Positions 1 through 14,190 of a DNA stretch of 64,000 nucleotides are shown here, piece by piece (the stretch's first letter is position 1; every line of letters starts with the position of its first letter). The DNA is from Eledone cirrhosa (lineage: Eukaryota), in contig OZ024743.1 in the NCBI GenBank assembly GCA_964016885.1, positions 360,592,001-360,656,000 on the forward strand, read 5' to 3'. The notes beneath the pieces are model-generated. The model was not told where the DNA came from and did no database searches. It saw only the letters and a program-made list of their open reading frames with translations. Made by a program: the position numbers and the translations under genes.

Positions 1-70
1 ACTGTGAAACCGGTAAAGGAAACAAATAAATATTCTTAAAATGACTCCAGTTGCATTTTTGATTTCTTTT

Positions 71-74
<4 letters not shown>
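1..74 (+). mobile_element. 3' end of short HHR-bearing PLE derivative (same family as 52802-53157)
   Basis: GAAACCGGTA-AAGGAA..AATAAA..ACTCCAGTTGCATTTT matches 53004-53090; ends in (TA)n. Confidence 0.7.
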
Positions 75-146
<72 letters not shown>

Positions 147-189
147 ATGAAGTAACCGAGTCAGGAACTCGCGTTAGTCCCTCTAATTC

Positions 190-254
<65 letters not shown>

Positions 255-257
<3 letters not shown>

Positions 258-460
258 TTGCGAGGTTTTTTATATGAAATCGTTTGTCGAAACAAATATT
301 GTTATACTTGGGGAGGGTCATATTTGTGTAATATTGCCAGAATTAATAACAGAACACACTCACTGTTTGGTTGGTTTTCGCTTCTCGCTTCTGTGTCTTT
401 TATATCGGTAATCTAACTTACTCGGTCCTCAATGTTGCCATTGACTGACCGACGGTCAAA
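255..460 (-). mobile_element. PLE-derived 3' end related to 48012-48130
   Basis: shares AATATTGTTATACTT(T)GGGAGGGTCAT with 48069-48095; abuts (TA)n. Confidence 0.45.
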
Positions 461-1635
461 AATAATACAGATACAATATAGACACAAACACATATATATA
501 GTTTATCATAAATCCTTCGTTGCGCATCTGCAACATCGTCAGTGGTGCTATCTTTTCCTCCTGTTGTATTGTATGTCTACGCCATTTTTATTCAGTCTGT
601 CTATATATTTATTTATTTATTTGCTTGTTTGTTTATTTTATTTTGTCTTCTTTGCGCATGCGTTTGCGTGTGTGTATAGTATTTTGTTTGATATGTGATG
701 GGTGAGTAGTGTGTGTTTATGTGCTTGTTGTTATTGTGCTTGTGTAGTATTTATTTATATATTTATTTATTTATTTTATTTTATTTACTTATTTATACTT
801 CTCTTAGGTCAGTGTTGTTCGTTTGGGTGTTGCTGTTATTCCATTCATTCTTTCTGTTTAGTCTTGGTCTTCTAATTTCTATTTCACTGGCCCCTCTGAT
901 TTGCCTATCTGCTGGGTCATTTCTATGTTTAGATATTATTCTAATTTCTATGTTGTCTATGTTACTATCATGTTGTTGTCTATCATGTTCGTATAGTACT
1001 GACCCGTATAGTACTGACCATGTTCGTATAGTACTGACCCGCCATCCTATCGCCATGGGACGTGGAGACTAGAGCTGAATGCTACTATTCTACTGTCCAA
1101 AGATGTGGAATTGCTTTTTCTAATAACCAACTTTTCACTATCTTATGAATGTGTGTTTGAGACACGTTGGCTGAGTACCTTGGCGGGAGCGAAAATATTT
1201 ATTTTCTAATCTCCTACCACCACGTAAATTTGTAAATCGGTGGCTGGTCGGGGGACGAAGTTGTATGAGATTCCAGTTGCTAATCACTTTACTGTGTCGG
1301 CTGTCACATATAGTCATAGCCGACATGAATTGGTGTTGAACTCTGTCGATCGATTGGTTATTGATTAGGTGATACCCGCTGATGAACCCCCATACGCCGA
1401 TTGTGCATTGTTGCATAATATATGCAGACAGAGGGTGCAGTGCACCCTATTGCTGCATTAAGTGTGGCCGAAACTCGAGTCCTGGAACTAATATAGGCAC
1501 ACGTTTACGTCTGTTTTGTTGAAGCGCATAACTATGTGTATACTCTGGAATGTATTCTACATTATCTATTGAGTACGCTGAAATACAATCGGTCCTGGCA
1601 CTGTTAAATACGGTGGGTCCCTCAACTTCTTAATG

Positions 1636-1666
<31 letters not shown>

Positions 1667-1699
1667 TTAAACAACATGATTTTAACTTTCATTACAGCA

Positions 1700-2512
1700 G
1701 GATTTGGATGTTCGCTCTAATATAGCGGATACGTAAATGCATTCGTGAGTTTTATACCGAATAATAATTGTTTCTACTTTTGGCACAAGGCCAGCAATTA
1801 TTCCAGTGTATTACTGGTACTTTATTTTATCGACTCGTAAGGAGGAAAGGCGAACTTAACCTCGGCGGGATTTGAACTCAGACCATAAAGGGGCGTAACT
1901 CTATGCTAGAAAGCATGGCGTCCGTCGCTCTACCGATACTGCCAATCCCCCGCCCTTTATACCGAATAATAATACGATTCGATTCGTTTGCAAGCAAACA
2001 GCCTCCCTAAGCTAGGGTGTTTTTACATGACCATCGGCATCCTTTTGTTCTAGCGGTGACAGACAGAAACAATTGACAATATTGTTTTGGGGTTATTGCC
2101 CTTTGTCAAGATTGTGTATTTCACTTCCGTCACTCACTAGAACTTTTCGAGCAAAAATACGAATTCTAATTTTGTTTTTAATTTTCGTCATAGACAGTGG
2201 TAAATTCGCTCGGTATGCAGTTTAGTATAATAAGCTGATATATATATTAGAGAATGCTATATATTCTCAAAGTGTTCTAGTGAGTGATAGAAGATAGATA
2301 TATAATATTGACAAAGGGCAATAACTCAGAAACAATGTGGTTGATTGCTACTCTCTATCACCGTTAACAGAAAAGGTTTGCGGTGGTCATCGAGAAAACA
2401 TAGCGTTATGAAGCTGTTTGTTTGTAAACGAATTGAATATTATTATTATTTGATATAGAACTCACGAATGCATTTACGTGTCCGCTATGGTTGAGTGAAA
2501 ATCCAAATTCTA
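1700..2512. mobile_element. old fold-back PLE derivative with a degenerate HHR in each arm
   Basis: diverged inverted arms ~1700-2170 and ~2247-2512; TTGACAA-AGGGCAATAAC..-(G/A)AAAC motifs at 2071-2113 (-) and 2304-2346 (+). Confidence 0.7.
1769..1955 (-). mobile_element. tRNA-derived SINE with 18-bp TSD
   Basis: A box TGGCAGTATCGG and B box GAGTTCAAATCC on minus strand; TSD TTTATACCGAATAATAAT at 1751-1768 and 1956-1973. Confidence 0.9.
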
Positions 2513-3014
2513 ATTTTGATTGTGTCCTTCCTAGGATACAGTTAGTTGCTGTATGTAGCAGGTAGAATTCCCTTTATTTGCTATTTACACTTGTAGTCTA
2601 GTGAAGATATATTTTTCTTTATTCACACGAGTCAATTAAAGTATGTTTTATATATTGGTAAAGTAATGAAGTCTGCAAAAGTATCTGTTGGTGTAATTAG
2701 TAGCATTTTGCGGCTCATTTATATGCATTTAATAAAAAACACATTTCCTCTTATTGATTCTCCATAGTACACTTTGGCGCAGTTCCTGATTAAATCAGAA
2801 AATAAGTATTTATAGTGTGTTGTATTTTATATAACTAATATGTATCCATTTTGATTTATTCCCTTATAGTTCACTTCTAGAAATAGATAATGATTGGAAT
2901 ATTGAATATTATTTCACATAATAATGGTACAACATATAAAAATATAGGTTTAGCCGATAGAATCTCGAATAAATTATCCAGAACAACATATGAAGCTATT
3001 AGCAATATAGATTG

Positions 3015-3075
3015 TTATGCTAGAAACATTTTAACAATGCCACGTCTAATTTTTAATGATTTTAATCCATCAGTG
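3015..3075 (-). CDS. candidate terminal host exon (TDGLKSLKIRRGIVKMFLA*)
   Basis: pyrimidine tract + ACAG acceptor, longest open frame, AATAAA downstream near 2855; no recognised homology. Confidence 0.25.
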
Positions 3076-4125
3076 CTGTTGTAAGAAATGTAAAAGAAAT
3101 CTCAACATCTCCTTTTTAAAAACCAATTAACATATTCATCAAAATTCAACACGTGTTTATATTAATTCATACTTAACGAGATAAATCATGTGTCAATTAC
3201 ATTAAAACAAATATTTATCATTTTTTTTTCTGTTGAGATGGATTTTATTTAAGCGTTAAAACCATTAATTGTTTCTTTTTAATTAATCCAGTTTGAATTC
3301 CCCACCCAACGCCATTGATATCACTGTTTCGTTTAAATGAATACAATTATCTGAGCAAGAAATTAAACGAACTAAAAATAAGAAAATTGAAATTAAATGA
3401 TAAGAGAATAATTAATGACAATGATAACTATGCGGATATATCGAATTCATAATTCTATTATAATGGAACCTTACAAATTAAATGCAGTTATATCAGCTCT
3501 ACGATGACAGTAATTGCATTATTCTGCTGTAATGAAAGTTAAAATCATTATATAGTTGTCCGAATACTGCGCTAGTCAACAGATTATACCCACCTTATTC
3601 TCATTGAGAGGTGGTGAGGTGACAGAATCGTTAGAAAGTTGGATAGAATGAATTATGTAATTTAATCTGGGTCTCTGAGTTTATATCCGCCTGAGGTACA
3701 CTTTGCGTTTCGTTCGCCCTCACTCGCTCTTTCTAATCCTCTCTTCCGATCCCAAATTCCACCCTCTGCCTCACCGTTTCTATCACATTTTCAATTTCTC
3801 TGAAAGGATTTGTTGTATTCCAGCATGAAGAGGGATACGCCTTTGTAGTGTTATACACACAAGTCACCTCGCATGTCACGAGGGTGCCTACTACTTCGTC
3901 ATGTTAATATTATAACTGTTTCCTATCCAATTGAAGTTACCATTTAGCATTGAGTGTAAACGAGTTGCTACAATTAACGTCTGACGTGCCTTGTCGTTTA
4001 GAAATGTCAGGACAATAGATTAGAATATAAGCATTCTTATTTGTTAAAAAATTATAACTAAAATTATATGACTGAAAATTCAAATCAACGGATTTATATA
4101 TATATATATATATATAGATAGATAC

Positions 4126-4213
<88 letters not shown>

Positions 4214-4259
4214 GTATATGAAAACATATATAAACATATAATTTCAATGTGCAGTACTA

Positions 4260-4892
4260 TAGCTTCAACCGAATACCTTAACAGGCCTGACAGATCAGCA
4301 CAATATATACATTGGATAATGTGTAAGCATTTTGACCTGCCTTATCAAAAGAATTGGTGGGAGCATGAACCACCTCCCATACTGGAGAAAGATCACATTT
4401 CAATGTTGTGAACTTTAGCGACCAAAGAAACCGAGAAACATGCAAATAGACCTGATATAATACTGAAGAACTTTAAACAGGGGCATACCTGCTAATTGAC
4501 GTGACCGTTCCTATAGACAAGAATGTATCAATAAAAACATTTGAAAAATTGAGCAAATATAAAAACCTAGAAATAGAGATTGGAAAAATGTGGAAGTTGA
4601 GAACTAAAACAATACCAGTGGTTGTAGGTGCTCTAGGAATGATACCTAAGGAGTTTAATGATTTTTATCCCAAATCCCAGGAAATCTACGTATAGAAGAA
4701 ATAAAAAAAACATAGTACTAATGGGAAATGCCCATATACTGTCAATATCACAAGTGTAAACACGCAGAGATACATGTGTTTGTGTTTTTTATTGAACATG
4801 GTGGAATTTGTTGTCTCTTGAGATCACTGGATGTGAATTGGTAATAACTAATATGAACATAAAGCAAGATAAATTAAATGGCAATAATAATT
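4260..4892 (+). mobile_element. R4/Dong-type LINE 3' fragment (restriction-like endonuclease)
   Basis: NRPDIIL..LIDVTVPIDKNVSIKTFEKLSKYKNLEIEIGKMWKLRTKTIPVVVGALG; short (AAT)n tail. Confidence 0.8.
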
Positions 4893-4949
4893 GTATTGTC
4901 TCTCTCAATTCCTCTACCTTCTCTTTTTGGCCTATTGGACATAAATGGT

Positions 4950-5310
4950 CATCTGAAGGAGATTAACCTCAGCCCAATCCCTTCAAGTTCGGCACCACAA
5001 GAAATACAAATTTACCACATGTCAAATGGATTCAAGAACAATATAAACAAGTGATATACGCATTGGGCAAACCATCGGAATAAAATAACACAGCAAATTA
5101 TTTTAGGGTATGGAAGGAAGAAATCTATTGAAGAGAGCAAACTTTGACGGAAACAAAATTGCAAAAGTAAGAAGGGATATTCGTAGAAACAATTGATGAA
5201 AGGATGCACAGTTAAATGAAATTGAGAAGTCTGTTGAAGAAGATTTGAGAATAGCGATATCAGAAACGCATAGAAATGAATATGTGACAGAAGAGATTTC
5301 ACAAAAAGTA
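4950..5310 (+). mobile_element. R4/Dong-type LINE N-terminal remnant
   Basis: broken frames KWIQEQYKQVIYA..RANFDGNKIAKVRRDI resemble the N-terminus at 58730-58930. Confidence 0.45.
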
Positions 5311-5839
5311 TTGACTTTTTTGAGATTGCTCCATTTAAGATTCTTCCTCTATTTATCTTGTTTGAGAACAAAACATTCTCTGAAAGGAAATATTAATCAC
5401 TCACTAACTTCACAACACACTCTCTGGCAACCTTTCCGTTTTGAAATTCTACCTTTTAGCTTTCAGTAATTTTCTTGTTTCTAAAACAAATGCTTGAAAA
5501 ACAAATAACACTGATATGAAGCAAAGACAAAATTAAAATTCAATATTATTCCGAATAATTCTGATGAGATAAAAAAAAAGTATCTGAATATGTAGAAGCT
5601 TTATTATCAGTATTTGTAGGATATAAATATGAAATAAATTATATAGTATTCTTTGATAGGAATATTATTTTTATCATTATTATTACATCGGAGAAAAATA
5701 TGAGTACATATGAAATAAAGACATGATACAATGAAAATGATATTCTACACACACAGACACACACATGCATACACACACACAAACATACACACAAACAAAC
5801 ACACACACGCGCACATATATACATTTCTATGTATATGTG

Positions 5840-6155
5840 TGTATAAACAATGAGTCATTTGGTTTGTTGAATATTCAACAAAGTTATTTTACAACAAATT
5901 AGAATCACTCAACGGTTTTTTATCCGGGGTATCATTAATATCAATAATATTAATAAATGGAAAATATCTTTATAAACCCATATTTATTTTATTATACGTA
6001 TTTCAAGGGTACTGATATTTTAGTACGCTTTTGTCAGATGAAATATAATAATTCGTGTAAAGATAGTGACATATCTTCATGTGAACTTCATTTTATAAGT
6101 TGATTGAACAAAATAAATATGGTTTTATAAAGATATTTTCCATTTATTAATATGT
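5840..6155 (-). mobile_element. PLE derivative of the 25.5k/50-52k family with short inverted arm and decayed HHR
   Basis: HHR 5986-6044 (-): CTGACAA-AAGCGTACT..AGTACCCTT-GAAA-TACGTA-TA; 5945-5990 inverted at 6111-6153. Confidence 0.7.
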
Positions 6156-6412
6156 TGATATTATACATATATATGTGTATATATAGAGAGAAGGAGTACG
6201 ACGCTAAGCGGTTCGGCTTGTGTTTAGCAACCCTAGTAAGGGTTTCGGTTATTGAGTACAAGTTTAAATCCGCTGGCATCGAGATCAGGGTTATTTCTCT
6301 TTCTGTTCGCACTCTTCTTTTTCCTATACATAGAGTACTACTGTGATCTTTGCACAGCAGATTCTTTCTCTCCCTCTCTATCTATCTATATTTCCACACA
6401 CACACACACACG

Positions 6413-6572
<160 letters not shown>

Positions 6573-6963
6573 GAGAGAGAGAGAGTGTATGTGTGTGTGT
6601 GGGTGAGAGAGAGACAGAGACAGACAAAGACAGAGAAAGGAAGAGTGAAAGAGAGACTGAGGGTGGGAGGGAGAGAAAGTGATAAAGAGACCGATAGATA
6701 GATATAATCAGTTTCTAAATGCATAAGATATCTTTAGGCTACGTTTAAATAAGATTTTGAAATAAGCATCCAAAATTTCTTAAGAAAGATTAATATTCCA
6801 AAATCAAAATACTATCTACATAATTCCGTCTAATATTAGATCCCAAGACATCGAATATCTCAGCTCAATAAGCGGATTATATAACCATTTGTATATATGA
6901 ATGTATGTATGTATGTATGTATGTATGTATGTATGTATGTATGTATGTATGTATGTACGTATG

Positions 6964-6994
<31 letters not shown>

Positions 6995-7006
6995 GTTCAC
7001 ACAAAT

Positions 7007-7125
<119 letters not shown>

Positions 7126-7796
7126 CAAATACTCAGATGTATATGTATATATGACACGATTTGCTTATACAAAAAAACTTAAGGCGAATGATATAAATTT
7201 AAATAAAATAATCTTTCTCTATTTAGACATCATGAAAAATCTGTATTGATTTTCGTCCATATTTACCGATTTATTCACCTTCAGAGAATTACGTTTAACT
7301 TAACTATATGATTCTAAAGGACACGCTGTGTTTAAATATCATTTCAAAAATATGAGTGTATGAAATTTGTAATATATGCAAGCCAAGGCAACTTATGTTC
7401 GCATCTGCCCAGAGTTTAGTTGCGACGTAAGCGAGCAATCTCAATATTTAGTGTACCAGTAAATAATATTCTCTACATTTTTATGATATTCAGGTGAATG
7501 AAACTCAGAATTCATAAATTGGGGAACGCATACGTGTCAACGGCTATTGAATAATGGGTGTATGTGGTTGTGCTCGCGCGCGCGCATACACACATATACA
7601 TCGAATTACCTATCGATTATTCGTTTGGTTTATCTATATATGAAGTACTAGTCTCCGAAACGTTAAGACAATTTTCCTGCTATTTCAATCGTTATACTAA
7701 TATATTCCGTCCATATATTGTGCCGTTTGTTTTGTTATTTCTGTTTACCTTTTACATATATATATAGATACATACATACACACACACACACATACA

Positions 7797-7844
<48 letters not shown>

Positions 7845-7845
<1 letters not shown>

Positions 7846-8087
7846 GAACCCCCTTTTCTTTAAATCCTTCAACCAATGACCTACACCCATTCCACTCCCC
7901 ACCCTCTCCTACCACCAGATAAGGAAATACATAAATACTACCATTTACTTGGACAGCCAGCTTCCTGATGATTTTTCACGTATGAAACAGTTCTAGCCTT
8001 GTAGAAGGTCTTCTATATTAAAACTGTTATACTCTGCTATATATTGAGTACCTTACTTACTGTAGCTACGCCCGATTCAACCCGGAA

Positions 8088-8091
<4 letters not shown>
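7845..8091 (+). mobile_element. short PLE 3' end with HHR (family of 46011-46203)
   Basis: CTTC-CTGATGA..GAAACAG..TTGTA-GAAG at 7961-8007; same 3' terminus AACCCGGAATAAC into (TA)n. Confidence 0.7.
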
Positions 8092-8171
<80 letters not shown>

Positions 8172-8174
8172 TGC

Positions 8175-9106
8175 ATATATTAATAAAAGAAATTTCAACT
8201 TTGTCTGATTTACTCGTTTTATTTACAATCCTCAATTTTCAACTGTAATGAGAGGGCTAAAATCTGTGCCTTATATACAGTAAAAAGGGGCTACAGAATG
8301 CTAAGTTTTGCAAACTGTATTTCGACCAATCGCTTTGTGGTTTCACTAGATTACTAAAGCTGATTGGTTTAGGCGTCACGGTTGGTTGACCATATCTAAC
8401 GACTTCTATTTGACCCTAGCCAATTGTTTAGCTATTTTTAGAAATGATGAAAATAGCGTTTTCTAGGGTTTCTATGAAAAATCTGCTGTAATCATCAACA
8501 TCAACATCACTTTTATTATTATTATTGTTGTTGTTGTTGTTAGTGGTGGTAGTCGACATGGTCGTAGGCGTATTCATAGTAAAAGTATTACCCCTAAGCA
8601 TTATTATTGTTCATTTAGCTTGGGCTGGAATTTATCTATAAAATTAATTTTTCTCTTGATTTTACTTGGGCCACATGTTGCTAGATGGTTACTCAAGGGG
8701 ATCTGACGGATATTTGGGCCTCTGATTTGCTGTCAGTACACCCGTGCACGTTGCGATAGTGCATTTCCAGTTGACTGACATATAGTTCTTCACAATTCGG
8801 GCATGCCCGAATCTAGTGAAACCACACACCAATTGGTCGAAATACAGTTTGCAAAAATTAGCATTCTGTAGCCCTTTTTTACTGTATATAAGGCACAGAT
8901 TTTAGCCATCTCATTACAGTTGAAAATTGCAGACTTGACTGTCACCACTGAATTTGAACCTGAAGATTGCGAAAGCATGAAAGTACCTGTTCAAATAACA
9001 TTTAACATTTAATATTCTACCATAATATTTCATTATAATATCATTTTAAAGGATTGTAAATAAAACGAGTAAATCAGACAAAGTTTGAATTCCTTTAATT
9101 AATATA
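8175..9106 (+). mobile_element. fold-back PLE derivative with HHR in right arm only
   Basis: 8175-8352 inverted at 8810-8930 plus 9050-9105; HHR 8953-8995 TTTGAAC-CTGAAGA-TTGCGAAAGCAT-GAAAGTACCT-GTTCAAA. Confidence 0.75.
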
Positions 9107-9148
9107 ATCTTCTATACACAATCATACACACCCGTGTATATTTATTTA

Positions 9149-9214
<66 letters not shown>

Positions 9215-9252
9215 TATATATATATTTATATATATTTATATATATATATATC

Positions 9253-10020
9253 TACGTAGGTAGCACCACCAGACCACTCCACATAAGAATAAAAGAACAC
9301 CTCAATACTAACGCTTCCTCATTTAAGAAACGCCTAATTAAATGCCAAAACACCGACAAAACCATAACTGTTAGGATAGAAACTAAGGAAAGAAACCTCG
9401 GCATCTTAGAATTAAGGAACCACAAATTATAGAAAAAACACAACCACCTATCAATAATAGACTAGAACTCAACACCCAATTTATAACTTGATAGAGCCTC
9501 TAGCCCCATATTTATACCCCCCCACGCATACACGCACACACACACGCACACATACACATACACACACACGCTTACACCTCTACTTATTCTCTCTCACACA
9601 CACACATAGACCTGTTCTAACACGAGATAACATCTATCCCCCACATATACGTATAGACATATCTTCTCACACTCACACACACACACTCACATACTTACAC
9701 CTTCATGCATTCTCCCACACACTTAAACATGCATGTACAAAAAAAAACTTTTAAAGGGAGACTACTCTTTATTCACCTAACCTCAACTCTTTGACATTAG
9801 AGATAGAACAGATACTCTATACCATTTCCTGTCAGCATGAATTGGCGAGCTATTTAGAACACTGGTTTAACCGCTTTACTTCCCTCCGAAGAAGAGATAT
9901 TATCTCGAAAATTAAGGACATTTAAATAAATCTAAGGTAAAAGACTAATTGTCAACAATATCTTTTGCATTTGCATTCTGTATTCTATGTCCATAGCTGC
10001 ATTGTTTTGGCTTTATTATA
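9253..10020 (+). mobile_element. 5'-truncated PLE: C-terminal half of GIY-YIG plus 3' region
   Basis: [17 protein letters not shown] at 9253; degenerate HHR-like CCGAAGA-AGAGATATTATCTC-GAAA near 9886. Confidence 0.65.
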
Positions 10021-10116
10021 CATATACAAACGTTTATACCTCATTACACAATGCTTCAAGTGAGCTATAACCTCCTCCATATATATATATATATATGTAT
10101 ACACACACACATACGG

Positions 10117-10156
<40 letters not shown>

Positions 10157-10519
10157 TAGGGAAATAGATATCGCAGGAATACTAACACGATAACTAGACG
10201 GGTTTCGACGTGTGTCGAACCTCCCCAACGACATATCGATTGATAGCATAGCAAGAAGTAGAGATATCGTACGGACAACACACAATTCGGAAAAACGTAG
10301 GGAGATTGTATGGATTAATGATAGCGTTAGAACACTGGAAACGCGAATAGCCATTACCAGTAGGAATAGATATAATGTCAGTAACTCTCCACACTCTAAT
10401 ATTGAAAGTAAACACGGAAACTCGGACCTGAATGATAGATCTAGGAGTCGTAGAAATAGGAGGGTGGACGGACCCGAAAACCACAATAGAGGTACACATC
10501 ACGGGCATATACCCACAGT

Positions 10520-11470
10520 AAAATGACGATGCAATAGGATTAGATCTAGGGGCATTACGTGGTTCAATACATCATACTCTAAGCACATACGTACTAACAT
10601 ACCCGGGATAATCTTCAGGGCATTAGATGAGTGTTTCCCACTTTTCAATCGCCACAGGATGATGTTCTCATTTTCTACTGTGCCCAACTTGGGTGATTAT
10701 ATAGCTAACACCAATTCAGTGAAGATGAAACAATTCGAACGCCGCCAAAAGCAGACAAACGATATGTCCGGGATAGCTGGGGGACCGCTTAATGATCCGG
10801 GCAACGACTACAACCAATCTACCACTAGGACCAGACCTACTGTGTGCCGTGAGCTGCACACCCAGCCGACGATCACGGACCACTACGCCCGCGGACCGCC
10901 ACAGAGGAAGCACCGTACAGGCCAAAACGGGCTCCCACCCTTGTGTCACGAGCAGGCAGCATCACACCTGGACTTGTAACTGCCGCAATAATACACAGTG
11001 CCCTCTCCAGAGCAAATGCTTAATGAAAAACATCGTGTATAAATGTGTGGTTGTGACACGTAACACAAGGCATAACTACATCGGTGAAACATACACAACC
11101 TTTAAGTCGAGGATATACAACCACACTAATTCGTTCGGGCTTAGTCTGGGGGTTGAAGGATAGTGGCACCGAATACAAGCTCCACTGGAGTATAGTGCAA
11201 CGTGGAGCTGCGTATTCCGCCGTTGAGGGACGCTGCAGGCTATGTCTGGCGGGAGCCATTGAGATAGTCAGATTACAAAATGATGCGGTTAACCTCAAAT
11301 CTGAGGACATCATGGTATGCAGACACCATAGGAATTGCACGTTTTCTGCATTGGACTTCCTGGATAGTAGTGGAGTACGCCACGTGAGGGTTCACATACT
11401 ATAGAGGGTTTGCATCACGGTTCTCAGACCGTGTCTATCCGTCGTCCCGCATCTCTTGATTAAGGACGAT
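10520..11470 (+). mobile_element. Hydra-type PLE remnant (RT thumb + GIY-YIG)
   Basis: TWFNTSYSKHIRTNI; CNCRNNTQCPLQSKCLMKNIVYKC..YIGET; CRLCL..N..E...CRH. Confidence 0.85.
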
Positions 11471-11485
11471 GTATATTAATAATAT

Positions 11486-11672
11486 GGATTGGCAGTATCG
11501 GTAGAGGGTCGGATGCCATGCTTTGACGTATAGAGTTGCGGCCCTTGCCAATCTGAGTTCAAATCCCGCCGAGGTTAACTTTGCTTTTCATCCTTACGGG
11601 GTCGATACAATAAAGTACCTACAATACACTGGGGTAATTCCTGGCCTTGTGCCAAAAGCAGAAACAATTATT
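11486..11672 (+). mobile_element. tRNA-derived SINE
   Basis: A/B boxes; colinear with 1769-1955 and 47675-47848. Confidence 0.9.
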
Positions 11673-12029
11673 TTTTTATCATTTTATTATTTTATTTTAT
11701 TTTATTTTTTGATTATTACTTTTATCTTTATTTGTGGACAGACATATGTATGTCTTGTGATACTACCTCACCGTAAAACCTGCTTCATCATTTTCATATT
11801 TATATTTATTTTTATGTTTATAGGGACATATGTTTTAAGTGCGTGTGTGTATATGTGTGTGTAAGTGTATGTCTATACACACAAGTGTGTATGTACGTGC
11901 ACGTATGGTATAAGTTTACCAATACTGGGATATGTGTGTGGGAGGGTGTGTAAAAGCGCATATATGCATGCACACATGTTTGCGTACACACACAAATATG
12001 TAGGTGTCTATATGTGTATGAGGGTATAT

Positions 12030-12345
12030 ATATATTGGTAAACGGAATAGAAAATGCTGACCACAAGCATTTTTGCAACACAAAAATAACGCTGGAGCCA
12101 CTTTTTTAACATAAAAACAGGTAGAATTCCCCAAACTAATCAGATCAGAGCAAACAGCACGGACACTCTATCTCAAAATTATTTTTGAAAAGCATTTAGA
12201 AATGCGCAACCGGTAAAAACTTAAAAACTTAAAACCACAACTGAATACTAACCCATACAATCACTAATACTCTTTTATTCCTAATTAAACCATTTTTCAA
12301 CTGTGAACAATTTGTCAGCATTTTCTATTCCGTTTACCAATATAT
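12030..12345 (+). mobile_element. short PLE derivative with ~33-bp inverted ends and U3-A8 HHR
   Basis: 12030-12062 inverted at 12314-12345; TTGAAAA-GCATTTAGAAATGC-GCAA-CCGGTA at 12185-12215. Confidence 0.65.
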
Positions 12346-12375
12346 AATAACTTGTGTGTTACACCTCTATTCTTT

Positions 12376-12543
<168 letters not shown>

Positions 12544-12545
12544 TA

Positions 12546-12672
<127 letters not shown>

Positions 12673-12872
12673 GCGCGGGTATATGCAGGTTTTGGATGCG
12701 TTAGCTAATATATGTATGGCAGTGTGTGTATATATGTACGGACAACCTATCTATATTCACTTTTTGTATAGGATTTTGTATAGGTATGTGCGCGGGTATA
12801 TGTACGTAGATGTATGGAGGTGCGTATATGTGTATATATATAATATGCGTGGCTATGTATGTATGTGTGTGT

Positions 12873-12984
<112 letters not shown>

Positions 12985-13269
12985 TACTATGATCGGAATT
13001 AAGAGCATTCCCCAGTTCACAGTAATAATAATAATAATATTAGCTCAAAGAAGAATAGAGAATTTTTTTCTGAGCTCAGATACAAATATATTACACAAAT
13101 AGAAGTGTGTTACACAGTGAAATGTGTGTAAAGAATTATTACAAGTGATTTTTACCGTTACTGTATAGAAAACAATATCTACAGGTTTAGTAATTAAATA
13201 GAAAAAAACCTAAGTCAGAATCCAATCTCTGAAGTAGATTTTAAATTACTAAGCTTATAACTATAAATT

Positions 13270-13340
13270 TGCTGATACGAATTAAGTTCGTTTCACCACA
13301 GAAATGTGCAGTTTAACAGTCGCAGGTTCATCAGTCAGCA
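13270..13340 (-). ncRNA. full-size type I hammerhead ribozyme
   Basis: TGCTGA-CTGATGA-ACC..GGT-GAA-ACGAA-CTTAA-TTCGT-A-TCAGCA: 6-bp stem I, 5-bp stem III, GUA triplet. Confidence 0.85.
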
Positions 13341-13581
13341 ATGCGGATTCTGTTTACTACACATCTAGCCTCATGGATAGAGAGAAAGCTAATATACACG
13401 CTGCCCAGGGTAGGGCGAAATCACGTGTTATTTGCATCAAATAACGGTTCTCATGGATTGGGGAAAATGCCAGTGAGGGCAGCCCAACCATTCGAATTTG
13501 TTAGCTCAACAATTTGGAGCTCATTAAGTATACTAGGATCGGAATTATAAGCATTCCGCAGTTCACAGCAATAATAATAAT

Positions 13582-13695
13582 TGTTTGTACTTTTGGCACA
13601 AGGCCAGCAATTACCCAGTTCATTACTAGTACTTTATTTTATCGACCCCGTAAGGATGAAAGGCAAAGTTAACCTCGGCGGGATTTGAACTCAGA
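13582..13695 (-). mobile_element. 5'-truncated tRNA SINE with TSD
   Basis: B box and tail; TSD TCACAG(C/T)AATAATAATAAT at 13563-13581 and 13696-13714. Confidence 0.85.
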
Positions 13696-14159
13696 TCACA
13701 GTAATAATAATAATATTAGCTCAAAGAAGAATAGAGAATTTTCTTCTGAGCTCAGATACAAATATATTACACAAATAGAAGTGTGTTACACAGTGAAATG
13801 TGTGTAAAGAATTATTACAAGTGATTTTTACCGTTACTGTATAGAAAACAATATCTACAGGTTTAGCAATTAAAAAGAAAAAAAACAAAGTCAGAATCCA
13901 ATCTCTGAAGTAGATTTTAAATTACTAAGCTTATAACTATAAATTTGCTGATACGAATTTAGTTGGTTTCACCACAGAAATGTGCAGTTTAACAGCCGTA
14001 GGTACATTTTTAACAGACGCAGGTTCATTCAGGTTTTTTTCTATTTAATTGCTAAACCTGTAGATATTGTTTTCTATAGAGTAACGGGAAAAATCACTTG
14101 TAATAATCCTTTACGCACATTTCACTGTGTAACACACTTCTATTTGTGAAATATATTTG

Positions 14160-14190
<31 letters not shown>

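Noticed and set aside
2880-3075. GPCR TM6/TM7-like reading on the minus strand
   Set aside because: Needs read-through of TAA at 3015; hydrophobicity is expected from AT-rich sequence
11486-11580. tRNA gene
   Set aside because: A/B boxes belong to a multi-copy SINE with tail; no full cloverleaf
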